Shown here piece by piece: positions 35,657 through 49,243 of a stretch of 64,000 nt of DNA. Position numbers and translations under genes: made by a program. This DNA is from Octopus vulgaris (taxonomy: Eukaryota). The stretch covers positions 76,508,001-76,572,000 of the forward strand of contig OX597827.1 in NCBI GenBank assembly GCA_951406725.2, given 5' to 3'. The notes under the pieces are model-generated. The model was given only the letters and a program-made list of their open reading frames with translations. It had not been told where the DNA came from and ran no database searches. Numbering within the stretch: the first letter of the stretch is position 1; each line of letters begins with the position of its first letter.

Positions 35657-35745
35657 TCTCTGACAGCTGTTTCTGTGATATCCCAGCTACTGGAGCACCG
35701 TATCGAGCGAAGATTCTATAAGTTGGATACCCGTCATCGGAGAGA
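35657..35745 (-). ncRNA. Hammerhead-like motif with long stem II
   Basis: TCTCT-CCGATGA-CGGGTATCC...GGATATCACA-GAA-ACAGCTGT-C-AGAGA (GUC site). Confidence 0.6.
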
Positions 35746-35985
35746 TATACAAGTCAGACAGTGGAAGAAAGTTCCTCATCAATGATATTGGTTGTGGTTC
35801 ATTATGTCCAGGAGGGAGGAATGGTCCAACTAAATCTGGTTAGACCGGGTACATTTTTTAGGTAAATCCATGATCAGAAAGGCTGGTTAGAGGTGAGAGG
35901 AAGGAAAGAATGGTTATGTATTACTCCATAGTGAGTGCTAACTGTTCCAAAGTTGTGCAAATACTAAGAGGATGAGTAAATAATA

Positions 35986-36552
35986 TTGGGCTGTCCGGAA
36001 AGTTCGTGCCGATTTATAGTAGCTTACATTTCGACTTTTTTTACAACATGGTTGAGTCCATAAAATAGGATTTCACTACACCTTCATTTAGAGCACAGTT
36101 TAAGCTATCTTTTCGTGGAAAAAAGTTTATGTTCTTATAACCTCTGTTAATTCTGTAACCCTTTAAAATGGAAGATAAGAAAGTTCATTTTCGGCACTTG
36201 ATACTTTGGGAACCAGACAAAAATTGCTGCAGCTCGGCTGGGATGTGTTACCCCCACCCTTCCTATTCCCCAGATATTGCTCCTTTGGATTTCCACTTAT
36301 TCAGGTCTCTGCAGAATAGTCTTAAGGGTAAAAATTTCAATTCCTTGGACGACATAAAAAGATACCTTGATGAATTCTTTGCCATGAAACCACCTCAGTT
36401 CTAGGAAGAGGGTATTTTCAAGTTAAAGGAAAGATGGAGACGCATTGTGCAACAAAATGGTTCATATTTGGTTGATTAAAAATGTAATGGCAAGTATTTA
36501 TTGACCTTTTTCTTTCCTTTAAAAATCGGCGCGAAATTTCCGGACAACCCAA
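35986..36552 (+). mobile_element. Internally deleted mariner (MITE-like) with TA TSD
   Basis: TA-TTGGGCTGTCCGGAAAG...TTTCCGGACAACCCAA-TA; MEDKKVHFRHL fused to HPSYSPDIAP. Confidence 0.9.
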
Positions 36553-36829
36553 TACATTCTGACGAGAGAAGAGATAAACAAGATCTTTGTACTAGATATA
36601 TACTAGTCAGCATAGTGATGAGTATTGAGTCCAGAGAATTTAGGATGGGAGGATAAATAATACAATCCGGTGTATTATTTATTCCTCTCCACAAATAGAT
36701 TCGGAGTTTATAGCAATTTTCATAGAAAAACAAGAAGGCTGTGGGCACCCTTTGAATAAATTAACGCAGGTCGTCGACGCATGCGCTACAATGCAAACAT
36801 TTCTGGCCAATTGAAAAGTCTTTGTCGTA

Positions 36830-37200
36830 CATTTGTCTCCGACTCCATGTTTCCAATGGAGTCGGAAGGTGACGTCGTTAAGTATTGCACTATAATTTCC
36901 TCTATCTGTCGTGGCTTTGAGCCAGAGCTTGAGTCTCTACTAACGATTTTCCAGACCATTCCTAAATGTTCTCAGCCAATTTTTGTTCTACGTTCACTTC
37001 TCTCTTCCATTACGGCTCCTTTAAGAATGCATTTAAGAAGGCCATTGGGTCTTGTTACAAAGGCCGTATTATCTCAGCTTTCTTTTATTCGCTGTTGTGA
37101 GAAGGTCTTCAAGGAAGCCAATGTAATGCTGTATGGTTTCGCGAATACGCTCAGTTGCGATGTGATCCAAGTAAGAGGTACCACAGATGCGCGTGGCCGA
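36830..37200 (-). mobile_element. Decayed RTE-clade LINE 3' end
   Basis: Minus-strand translation EDLLTTANKRKLR*YG..TRPNGLLKCILKGAV..EWSGKSLVETQALA; terminal hairpin CCGACTCCAT/ATGGAGTCGG. Confidence 0.7.
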
Positions 37201-37460
37201 TAAGTTTGATTCGACGATCAGTAGACACCATCGTCCCAAGAACTTGGCTGGTACTTTGCTTTATCGCTCCTAAAATAGATGAAAGGCAAGGTTGACCTCG
37301 GGGGCATTTGGACTCAGGACAAAAAAAAAACCCAGCTAGAAACCCTGAAAATCATTTTTCCGACGCTCTGATTCAGGGTTTCCCAAGGATTTTTGTCTCA
37401 CGTAGATTAAAAAACAAAACAAAAAACCCTGTGTCCCACTATGAAGAGGACAAAATCAGT

Positions 37461-37514
<54 letters not shown>

Positions 37515-37528
37515 ATTCCTTTTTTCTT

Positions 37529-38463
<935 letters not shown>

Positions 38464-38486
38464 TATATATATATTTATATATATAT

Positions 38487-38660
38487 AGGCGCAGGTTTGG
38501 CTGTGTGGTAAGTAGCTTGCTAACCAACCACATAGTTCCGGGTTCAGTCCCACTGCGTGGCATCTTGGGCAAGTGTCTTCTGCTATAGCCCCGGGCCGAC
38601 CAATGCCTTGTGAGTGGATTTGGTAGACGGAAACTGAAAGAAGCCTGTCGTATATATATG

Positions 38661-38693
<33 letters not shown>

Positions 38694-38894
38694 TTGTGTG
38701 TCTGTGTTTGTCCCCCTAGCATTGCTTGACAACCGATGCTGGTGTGTTTACGTCCCCGTCACCTAGCGGTTCGGCAAAAAGAGACCGATAGAATAAGTAC
38801 TGGGCTTACAAAGAATAAGTCCCGGGGTCGATTTGCTCGACTAAAGGCGGTGCTCCAGCATGGCCGCAGTCAAATGACTGAAACAAGTAAAAGA

Positions 38895-38896
<2 letters not shown>
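38487..38896 (+). mobile_element. SINE family A, full length
   Basis: A box TGGCTGTGTGG, B box GGTTCAGTCCC, complete tail. Confidence 0.9.
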
Positions 38897-38947
<51 letters not shown>

Positions 38948-38950
<3 letters not shown>

Positions 38951-39440
38951 GAATACAAAGAATGGGACAAAAACGTAAAACATCCAGACAGTTATATGAT
39001 ACAAAAAAAGGGAAAGAAAAATCAAAGACGGGTCATTCGGAGTTTTTTTTTCCTCAGTTGAGTTCTAGATTATCTTTGCAATTTCGGCTGGTTATATTCG
39101 AGATTGCTCCAATCTGGCCAAAGAGAAACTAAGCCAAGAGCATTAGATTCCTTGGAAGAAAGCAGCGAATGTATACGAAAACAAAGACGGAAAAATACAA
39201 ATACAAACTACAGGACATTAACAACAGGTGTCTTTCGACTAAGGACGATTTAAATTAAGCTGGTGTGTGTGGAAGTGAAGCCTTACGGGAGGGACATAAG
39301 AGATGACAGGCAGGGGGGGATATAGATGTTGTACGGATGGTAGTCGAACCAAGAAAGGTCAGGCTTGACCGAACGCAGGTCACGTGGAGAGAGAGGAGAA
39401 AGGTAGAGGAAGAGGGATAGAAGAATTAGGGATAGAAGAC
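38948..39440 (-). mobile_element. (TA)n-flanked repeat family (related pieces at ~23770-23905 and ~51530-51840)
   Basis: Shared AATTTCGGCTG and ATGGGACAA/ATGGACAAGAACG segments; probably Penelope-derived. Confidence 0.5.
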
Positions 39441-39457
39441 ATATATATATATATATC

Positions 39458-39641
39458 TTTGGGGAGGGGGCCAGTCGATTATATCGACCCCAGTATGTAA
39501 CTGGTACTTAATTTATCGACCCCGAAAGGATGAAAGGCAAAGTCGACCTCGGTGGAATTGAACTCAGAACATAAAGACAGACGAAATATCACTAAGCATT
39601 TCACCTAGCGTGCTAACGTTTCTCTACTGGCTCGCTGCCTT
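39458..39641 (-). mobile_element. SINE family B
   Basis: Core and head homology. Confidence 0.8.
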
Positions 39642-39695
39642 TATATTGTTGTTTGCTTGAAACATTATAATATTGAAGAATAACAAAAGAAAGAA

Positions 39696-39777
<82 letters not shown>

Positions 39778-39846
39778 TATATTGATAGAAATGGTAAGAC
39801 AACAAAAGAATGAAGGAGACCTCGATATTATGTAAATAGAGGAATT

Positions 39847-39995
39847 TATCTGTAAATGTAATATGTCACAATTATTCGAACATTTTTTTCCGATGCCCGG
39901 ATAACTGAAGAGATGGCGGCGTGGATTTCCATCCCGGCATCTGAAATTCGGAGTTTTATCATGGCTACCGAATAATTGTCACATATTACATTTAC

Positions 39996-40000
<5 letters not shown>
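39847..40000 (+). mobile_element. Fold-back mini-element: 32-bp inverted arms around a hammerhead motif (39900-39960)
   Basis: Arms 39847-39878 / 39969-40000; GATAA-CTGAAGA-GATG...CATC-T-GAA-ATTCGGAGT-T-TTATC. Confidence 0.75.
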
Positions 40001-40050
<50 letters not shown>

Positions 40051-40432
40051 CTTTATCTTTTATTAAACTTTTAATACTTTTGATATATATATATAAAAAT
40101 AAATAAATAAATAAATTAAATTAATTAATTAATTAATTAATAAAATAATATATAAATATAAAAATATACATACATACATATATATATATATATTTGTATA
40201 TATATATAAAATTTATAAGTTTAAATTATTTAAATATTTTTTTTATTTTTAACTTTTATATTTTTTAATTAATTTTATGTATTGGCTTATGTTTTTCACT
40301 GTTTGATTTGCCTAATAGTGGTTCTATCTATAATTTAATATTATATATATATATATATATACCGGAGTAAACACATAAATGTGAAACAAGGTGGAAAAAA
40401 GAGTACTCAAATACCAGTGGTAGAGTAATATG

Positions 40433-40588
40433 CTTTATTTTAAGCAGCAGAAAATTCAACAAAATCTGTTACTCTGAGTTTCTCGTTGCCGTTCATCAGA
40501 CAGTTTTCTAGCAAAAACTGTCTGATGAACGGCAACGAGAAACTCAGAGTAACAGATTTTGTTGAATTTTCTGCTGCTTAAAATAAAG
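40433..40588. repeat. Perfect 75-bp-arm palindrome carrying two divergent hammerheads
   Basis: Arms 40433-40507 / 40514-40588, 6-nt loop. Confidence 0.95.
40518..40555 (+). ncRNA. Minimal type-I hammerhead ribozyme motif (mirror copy 40466-40503, minus strand)
   Basis: CTGT-CTGATGA-ACG-GCAA-CGA-GAA-ACTC-A-GAGT-A-ACAG; canonical core, GUA site; closing pair of stem II mismatched. Confidence 0.8.
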
Positions 40589-40619
<31 letters not shown>

Positions 40620-40842
40620 TTAAAATAATAAGGATGGAAAATTGAATATTAATTTGATAAATATCAAGTTAAAACCAGTGGCCTAGCATATTGAATAATC
40701 TGAAGATTCACAAAAATTATATTACATACATATAAGAGGGATTGAGAACAATCTTTTCTTAGTGGTAAGACCATATGGGGTCTACTTCTAGCATAATGGA
40801 TGTCCACTTAGTGGTCATCCTTCTTATATGTATGTATGTATA

Positions 40843-40921
<79 letters not shown>

Positions 40922-41011
40922 ATATATACATATATAGCAGGTGGTGCTATTAAGTTAGACATGGCCTGGGCCAATAATGGCCGAAACCTATCAAAGTATC
41001 AAAGTATCAAA

Positions 41012-41085
<74 letters not shown>

Positions 41086-41130
41086 ATATATATATGTGTA
41101 TATATATATATATATGTGTATATATATATA

Positions 41131-41440
41131 TCATTGTATTTAGGGATGGTTATTTATTTATTTGCCAAATAAACACACGCATTGTATATTCGTTCTTCAC
41201 TCGTTTCTTACTGTTCTCATTCTAACTCATGTCCATTGTCCAGAAATCTATCGTCACACATCTGTGACCTCCTCACCGACACTTTCCGTCTTCGTGTGTC
41301 CTCTTGCTCTGCTTATTCCATTTCCGGGCAGTGGACATGTGTTAGAATAAGAACAGCAATAAGCGAGTGAAGAACGAATGTAAAGTGCGTGTGTTGTGTT
41401 TATTTGGCAAAAAAAAAGTGACCTTCCCAAAATATAATAT
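41131..41440 (-). mobile_element. Fold-back mini-element, diverged ~100-bp arms, degenerate hammerhead in the spacer
   Basis: Arms ~41133-41237 / ~41332-41438; minus strand GTGAGGA-G-GTCACA-GATG-TGTGAC-GAT. Confidence 0.6.
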
Positions 41441-41595
41441 ATATAATATAATATATATATATATATACATACACACACCACATATATATATATATACACA
41501 TATATATGTATGTATATATATATAAATATGTATATGTATATATATATATGTATATATATGTATATATATATATGTATATATATATATGTATATAT

Positions 41596-41702
<107 letters not shown>

Positions 41703-41743
41703 AAAGAGCGCTGTAGTTCGCTTGAAGCATTGTAATATCGAAA

Positions 41744-42004
41744 GTATGTCAAAAGAGAGAAAATAGAAAGCTTCCGACAATGTAGAAAGTTTAATAAAAA
41801 GAACTTTATATTTCGGGTTCAAAGCCCATCTTCAGAAGAAAAGAACAGCCTAAGTTCAGTTATGTAGGTTCTGGTTCCTACATAACTGAAGTTTTCGTAG
41901 ATTGCTCTTTTCTTCTGAAGATGGGCCTTTGCGCCTGAAATATAAAGATTGCATTAAACTTCTCGCATTGTCAGAAGCTGTGTATATTTTCTCTTTTTAC
42001 ATAT
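41744..42004. mobile_element. Diverged fold-back element with two divergent hammerheads (41804-41838 minus, 41911-41948 plus)
   Basis: TCTT-CTGAAGA-T-GGGC-CTTTGC-GCCT-GAA-ATAT-A-AAGA and mirror copy; central 14-bp hairpin 41855-41890. Confidence 0.75.
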
Positions 42005-42036
42005 ATTTTTTTAAAATTTTTATTTTTATTTTTTTT

Positions 42037-42431
42037 TTACTTGTTTCAGTCATTTGACTGTGGCCATGCTGGAGCACCACCTTTAGTGGAGCAAATAGAC
42101 CCCAGGACTTATTCTTTGCAAGCCTAGTACTTATTCTATCGGTTTCTTTTGCCGAACCGCCAAGTTACGGGGCCGTAAACACACCAGCATCGGTTGTCAA
42201 GCGATGTTGGGGGGACAAACACAGACACACAAACATATACATACATATATGTATATACATATACATATATACGACAGGCTTCTTTCAGTTTCCGTCTACC
42301 AAATCCACTCACAAGGCTTTGGTCGGCCCGAGGCTATAGTAGAAGACATTTGCCCAAGGTGCCACGCAGTGGGACTGAACCCCGAACCATGTGGTTGGTA
42401 AGCAAGCTACTTACCACACAGTCACTCCTAC
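42037..42431 (-). mobile_element. SINE family A
   Basis: Full-length homology. Confidence 0.9.
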
Positions 42432-42706
42432 ATATATAGAGAAATATGTATATGTATGTATCCTATAATAATTCTGCATGTCATTACTTGTTAGCCCGTC
42501 AGTAACGCTTTCACGTGATTAGAGAAGAAGGAAGGAAAGAGGGAGAGAGAGAAAAAGAGGATAAGGCGAAGAATGAGGCAGAAAGAGAGAGAAAGAAAAA
42601 GAAGGAGGGAGAAAAGACGGAAAGAGAAGCCGCCATGACATGTGGTAAGGGGAACGTAATATTTATTAGGTGGTTAAAAAAGTTAGTTGAAGGCAGTGAT
42701 ATGGTT

Positions 42707-43123
42707 AAGGCGGCGAGCTGGCAGAATCGTTACCACGTCGGGCGAAATGCTTAGCGGTATTTCGGCTGCCGTTACGTTGTGAGTTCAAATTCCGCCGAGG
42801 TCGACTTTGCCTTTCATCCTTTCGGGGTCGATAAATTAAGTACCAGTTACGCACTGGGGTCGATGTAATCGACTTAATACCTATGACTGTCCTTGTTTGT
42901 CCCCTCTGTGTTTAGCCCCTTGTGGGTAATAAAGAAATAGGTATTTCGGCTGCCGTTACGTTGTGAGTTCAAATTCCGCCGAGGTCGTCTTTGCCTTTCA
43001 TCCTTTCGGGGTCGATAAATTAAGTACCAGTTATGCACTGGGGTCGATGTAATCGACTTAATACCTATGACTGTTCATGTTTGTCCCCTCTATGTTTAGC
43101 CCCTTGTGGGTAATAAAGAAATA
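42707..43123 (+). mobile_element. SINE family B, head-to-tail dimer
   Basis: Head followed by two core units. Confidence 0.9.
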
Positions 43124-43460
43124 GAGGAGAGTAAGGAATAAAATATTAGCAGAGGGCTGATGTTCTGATGGTGAGATTAAAGAAAGGCAAAGAGGAAGAG
43201 AGAAAGAGAGAAAGAAAGGGAGAGAGAGAGAGATGGTAGTGGTGGTGGTGGTGGTGATGGTGGCGATGATGAGCACATAGTGAAAAGTAATATTTTAAAA
43301 AATTAAACTAAATTTTTTGTATTACCTATCATTTAACGCATGCGCATCCCAAACTTGCCATTCACTTTAGAAAGAAACCAGTTGATAGACATCCACAATG
43401 ACTATCAATAAATCACAAGGGCAGATATTTTTGATAAAGTGGGGCTGTTCTTGCCTGATA

Positions 43461-44341
43461 AAAGGAACCATGATAAAACGATGGCAAGAAAAGCCCCTTC
43501 ATGGTAAATACTGGACTAAACTAAACGCAAAAGAAATAGACAAAGAAAAATCCCAGCAATGGTTGAGAAGCTCAGGACTCAAAGCAGAAACAGAGGGATT
43601 TTTAATTGCAGCACAAGACCAAAGCCTCCCCACCAGAAATTACCAAAAACATGTAATGAAAATAAATATTACAAGTAACTGCAGAATATGTGGAGATGGA
43701 CAAGAAACAATAAATCATATTATCTCTAGCTGCCCAGTCCTGGCTAAGAAGGAATATATTCACAGACATGACAGAGTTGGAACCTACATACATTGGAAGC
43801 TATGCCAACATTATGGAATAACAACAGAAAAAAGATGGTATAGGCACACACCAGAAAATTCACAGAAAACGAGAAAGCAACCATACTCTGGGATATGCCG
43901 ATACACACAGATAGAGAAATTAAGGCCAACAGACCAGATATAGTTGTCAGAGATCATGAAGAAAAAAATGCTTTCTAATTGATGTATCAATACCGACAGA
44001 TGACAACGTGTCTCTAAAAGAAATGGAGAAACTCTCAAAATACAAAGACCTGGAAATAGAGGTAACTAGAATGTGGAATCTGAAAACAGAAACAATTCCT
44101 ATCATAGTAGGTGCATTAGGCATGATAAAAAAATATTCGGACAAATACATAACAAAAACACCAGGACTTACAAACACATATAACATACAGAAAATTGCAC
44201 TACTAGGCACTGCCCACATCCTACGCAGAACACTTTCCATACAATAACCATCAGAGCATCACAACAAATCACAGCACATACCCAAGGCACACAGAGCTGC
44301 GCTCGGTAGTGAAGTGAAAGCACGCTATAAAAATAAAACTA

Positions 44342-44345
<4 letters not shown>
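43461..44345 (+). mobile_element. 5'-truncated R4/Dong-like LINE (zinc knuckle + restriction-like endonuclease)
   Basis: KPLHGKY, AAQDQ, CRICGDGQETINHIISSC, RHD, RPDIV, IDVSIP, KLSKYKDL; ends in (AAT)n. Confidence 0.9.
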
Positions 44346-44419
<74 letters not shown>

Positions 44420-44422
<3 letters not shown>

Positions 44423-44824
44423 GAATTTGACAAGCTCAGAAAATATAAGGACCTGCTCATTGAAATTGAGAAAATGTGGCATCCCAAGGCGGTTACAATA
44501 CCAGTGATTGTAGGAGCACTAGGGATGATCAAGAAGGGAACCGAAAATTATATGAGAATGATCCCTGGCTTACCATCCCTGCAAGCAGTGCAAAAGATTG
44601 TCTTAACTGGTACATCACACGTATTGAGAAGAGCATTGTCAATGTGAGAACTATTACTACCAATGTATTTTAATTTAACTTTATTTCTATAAAAAAAAAA
44701 AATGAACGAACTAGTGAGTTTAGTTTAATGGCCTACCAATGTATACTATGAGTTTCTTTGCCCTAGGAGTCAGGAAGACACTCGGCAAGAAATGGAAGCA
44801 AATTTGAAAGAAGAAAAACCCATA

Positions 44825-44825
<1 letters not shown>
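44420..44825 (+). mobile_element. Second R4/Dong-like 3' fragment between (AAT)n arrays
   Basis: KLRKYKDLLIEIEKMWH..TIPVIVGALG..VQKIVLTGTSHVLRRAL. Confidence 0.8.
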
Positions 44826-44893
<68 letters not shown>

Positions 44894-45356
44894 TTATTGT
44901 TGTTGTTGTTGTTATTATTAATCAGGTTACTGCCCAGAATCGAACTCAGAATCTTGGTGTTTTCTAGATAGGAAATTTCTAGATATGAAATTGTGACCAT
45001 GTAAATTTTAAAATGTAATCTTTTCTGTTTATGGGGAAATGGGAAAATAAGTATGATATATTTATTTTATGAGTGCTGTGTATTAAATCTATAAAATTGC
45101 GCATAAAGTATATAAATGATATATACAAAGTGCATTAAGTAATCATCGTATTCCAATTTCTTTCACTTTCACTTTTCAATGAAAAGCAAATGTATCTTTT
45201 TATATAGACACAATTTAGGCTACGCTTTCAGGATTTCTGGATAAAGTTTTCAAGAATAACCCAATGGGTTTACTATTAATTCCATGAAATATTCACGGGT
45301 CCTGTTTGTGGATATAAATATAAAATCAAAAATGTTTAATTAAAACTTTACGACAC

Positions 45357-45498
45357 AGGCGCAGGAGTGGCTGTGTGGTAAGTAGCTTGCTAACCAACCA
45401 CATGGTTCCGGGTTCAGTCCCACTGCATGGCATCTTGGGCAAGTGTCTTTTGCTATAGCCCCGGGCCGACCAATGCCTTGTGAGTGGATTTGGTAGAC

Positions 45499-45530
<32 letters not shown>

Positions 45531-45740
45531 TTTGTCTGTTTGTCTCCCTAGCATCGCTTGACAACCGATGCTGGTGTGTTTACGTCCCCGTTACTTAGCG
45601 GTTCGGCAAAAAAAGAGACCGATAGAATAAGTACTAGGCTTACAAAGAATAAGTCCCGGGGTCGATTTGCTCGTCTAAAGGCGATGCTCCAGCATGGCCA
45701 CAGTCAAATGACTGAAACAAGTAAAAGAGTAAAAGAGAGA
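45357..45740 (+). mobile_element. SINE family A
   Basis: Full-length homology. Confidence 0.9.
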
Positions 45741-46693
45741 GACACGCTTTATTCATTTGTTACTTGTTGACGGTCCCGTTATGTTCGGAAGTAACCTACA
45801 TTGCACCCAGATATTTGAAACCGGCCCTAATCTTGAAAACCTCGATCTTAACTTGGTTGGGATAGGAACAGATCAGAAAAAAAACTTTTACTAGGTTCAA
45901 CATGAATTACCCGGAAAATTCTCCATTCAAAATAAGAAGAGATATGAAGAGCAGAGAAAAAAATGTTTAAGATGTTTCAGGCGCGGTTCCAGAAATTTTT
46001 CAGAGGGAGGGTACGAGGTTAGAAGGGAATATTTCTTTTCTTGAGGGGGGCACGCGCCCCTCAGCATACACCCCTCCTGAGTCCGCTCATGCAGTTCAAA
46101 ATGTCGCTTATCTTACACAAGAAGTTGCGGTTTGATAGGAATTCAACTGTGTTCAACTGTGCCCCGCAACCTTTTCCCACTTGCGGTACACTTATATTCT
46201 TTTCAAAATTCGGCAGCACACCTGAACAAGAACTATAACTAAAAGTATCGGGGAAGAAATTATATTCAGGTTACACTGCGGCACACCTAAGTGTACCGCG
46301 GCGTGCCGGTTGCGGAGCAGTGGCGTACAACACTACTTCTGTGGAACAACACAATGTAACAGCAACAACAACAATAATTATTTCGTATTTTAGTACGAGT
46401 CCAGCAGTTTCTACTCAACTCTACTCTCGACGCTACTCTGACCTAGTCTACCGACCGTTACACAACTGTTACCCTTGACGTCTAGACTTTCCCCGCTATA
46501 TCTACGTATTGGGTTAGTCTACTTCATCGTCTGGGGGCGTCCATACAACACTAACTCTAAAGAGTGGGTTGTTCTGAGGGAAATTTCAAGACGTTTGAAG
46601 AAATCCAGTCGTCCCGACCCCGTCAGACGATCAGATAGCCACTAGTCTGAAAGTACCCTCTTCTGTTATTCACGCTCAGGACCACCAACTTAC

Positions 46694-47345
46694 CTTCTGG
46701 GCCCATAAAGATGGAACGTGTGTGGAGATACAACCCCTTCCGAAACAACGCATGCAGACAATCTCCCAATCCCGGACAACTTGGAGATGTGATGGTTCTC
46801 GAATCGATCGAGAATAGATGTGAAGGCTTACGGCCCGGAAATTCTGGTATCGCTGATGGCCACCATTGGGATACCTGTTGTTGATATTATTGTTGCTGTC
46901 GTCTGCGAACTGTTGGTCCCTGATGGTGGCGTATCTTCCGTTGTTTTTATTGCTCTTGCTTTCAATGTTGGTGTTGTCGCTACGGTTGTTGCTGTAGATC
47001 CTTCTTCCGGTCTTGTTGCTGCTGTTGCAATCACTGTCGTTGTGTTTGCATGTTGTTGTTGTACTGCTGTTGTGCTGATATTGTGCTATTGGCAAGAGTG
47101 GAGCCCTTCTTTCAGCTGTTATCTTCTTTTGGCGTTGTTGGGTCAGAAAAACCTTGCGGTAGTTAGCGTTTCCACAGTTGTAGCATCAAGGCCATCCGTC
47201 CATCCTTCACTATCATCTGCGGTTGATGTCCTCCTGGAATCTGTACCACGTCGAAGGTTCTGTACAGTGTCTCAGATTCCGCCTCAAACAATCTCTAACC
47301 TAATTCCAAAGTAGTTTTCATCTCGGAATCTTTCTAGCAACGTGC
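46694..47345 (-). other. Candidate host-gene exon (probably 5' UTR / first exon)
   Basis: Unique, higher-GC sequence ending in consensus donor AAG|GTAAGT; several short uORFs; (GA)n tract immediately upstream; 5' limit approximate. Confidence 0.4.
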
Positions 47346-47467
47346 TAGGGTCTCTCTCTCGCTCTCTCTCTGTCTCTCTGTCTCTGTCTCACACACACAC
47401 ACAAACAAACATATATATATATATATGACTCTCCCTACATATATATCCACATCCCTGTCTCTCTTTT

Positions 47468-47504
<37 letters not shown>

Positions 47505-47525
47505 ATATATATATATATCTGTTTG

Positions 47526-47716
<191 letters not shown>

Positions 47717-48450
47717 GTCTGTCTGTCTGTGTCTATCTATGCATAAACATACGCGCGCGCGAGACAGAGATAAAAGACACTAGGAGTGTTAGTGGGAGGA
47801 TCAAAAACATTCGAAAAAAACGTTGTCAGTTTATGACGTCAAACTCTTTTTTTCCCCCCCTTTCTTTCTCCAACCCTCTTTAATCAATTTTTCCTACTCT
47901 AGCTTTCTCTTTCTCTCTCCCTCCCAACCTTTCAACCTTTTCCACTCATTTTTCAGACGACAAAGTGTGTGTGTGTCTGTGTGTGTGTGTGTGCGTGTGT
48001 GGTATTTGCCACGTGCATGTTTCAACCGGATATTGACAAATGATCGGTTATTCAAAACAGCATATCGCTTTTTTTTTTCTTAAGATGTAAATTTGCGCTT
48101 TATTTGGTGTTTGCAAAGTTTATGAAAATAAATAAATAAACGCAATAAATACATAAATAGTTGACTGCGGTATAAAACGCCATCTTTAAAGACAGTGGAA
48201 AAAACACAAAGGTTTAACCCGATACAAGAAAGACGGTAAAAGACAAAAGGCTTTGAGAGAAGAAGAGAGACGAGAGACAGATAAGAGACGTGTAGGAAGG
48301 AGGGGAAAGCTAAAGATAGAGAGAGAAAGACAGAAAGATAAGAGAATGAGAAGAAGAAAAGGAAAGGAAGAAAGGGCAACGGGGAAACGGCAGTTTAATT
48401 GTATCTTAGTATAAGTGATGTAACGTAAAGAGGAAATGTTTGTGGAGGGG

Positions 48451-48668
48451 AAGGCGGCGAGCTGGCTGAAGCGTTAGCGCGCTGGGCGGAATGCGTAGAC
48501 GTAATTTCGTCTGCCGTTACGTTCTGAGTTCAAATTCTACCGAGGTCAACTTTGCCTTTCATCCTTTCGGGGTCGATTAAATAAAGTACCAGTTTCGCAC
48601 TGGGGTCGATGTAATTGACTTAATTCCTTTGTCCTCTATGTTTAGCCCCTTGTGGGCAATAAAGAAAT
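48451..48668 (+). mobile_element. SINE family B
   Basis: Head, core and tail. Confidence 0.85.
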
Positions 48669-48961
48669 ATATATTCGTGGAGGGGAGTGGAAGAGAAAAA
48701 AAATGAAAAACAATTGAGCAGAATTAAAATAGACGAGAGAGAGAGGGGGAGGGAGGGAGAGAGGGAGAGAGAGAATTAGAAATAGAATGAAAGAGAATTC
48801 ATTTAGAAAGAGTATGAGACGCTAACAGAGGGGGATATCAACTAAGGTCCATAGGGACCTTGGGTGGAGGGTCTGTATAAGATCTTGTTCATAAAGAAAA
48901 TCATTTGTAATAAGCCTTTTACGATACACAAATTATTTACGCAATTTTTACACACTTCCAG

Positions 48962-49205
48962 TGGAGGCGCGTGGCTTGGTGGTTAGGGGTGTTGCGCTCA
49001 TGGTCGTAAGATTGTGGTTTCGATTCCTCGACCGGGCAACGCGTTGTGTTCTTTTAGAAAAGCACTCTATTTCATGTTGTTTCAATTTGTTCAGCAGGCA
49101 AAAATGAGTAACCCCGCGACTTTACTAACCCTAACCGCCGCCCCGTCCAGGTTGGGAACATGCATTCCGGCGAAACCGGCCCTTATGCGACTCGAGAAGG
49201 AACTT
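48962..49205 (+). mobile_element. Degenerate tRNA-derived SINE (family C-like head)
   Basis: TGGCTTGGTGG A box, GTTTCGATTCC B box. Confidence 0.65.
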
Positions 49206-49243
49206 TACTTCTTTTGTTTTTACTTATACAAACCTTAATAATA

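Larger units (their letters stand above)
42461..45305 (+). mobile_element. Non-autonomous Helitron carrying nested SINE and LINE insertions
   Basis: 5' A|TCCTATAATAATTCTG and 3' region with hairpin CCATGAAATATTCACGG homologous to 51862-52446; internal PIF1 scrap MTINKSQGQ..DKVGLFLP (~43360-43458). Confidence 0.65.

Noticed and set aside
36781-37203. 140-aa plus-strand ORF as a host exon
   Set aside because: It is the antisense of a decayed RTE LINE C-terminus
43398-43943. Novel helicase-retroelement fusion protein
   Set aside because: Only ~10 helicase residues are in frame and the LINE part is truncated and frameshifted; a chance junction
46820-47314. 164-aa hydrophobic 'membrane protein' ORF
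   Set aside because: Val/Ala/Leu richness follows from GTT/GCT repeats antisense to a CAA-rich tract; non-ATG start; the splice signal points to the other strand
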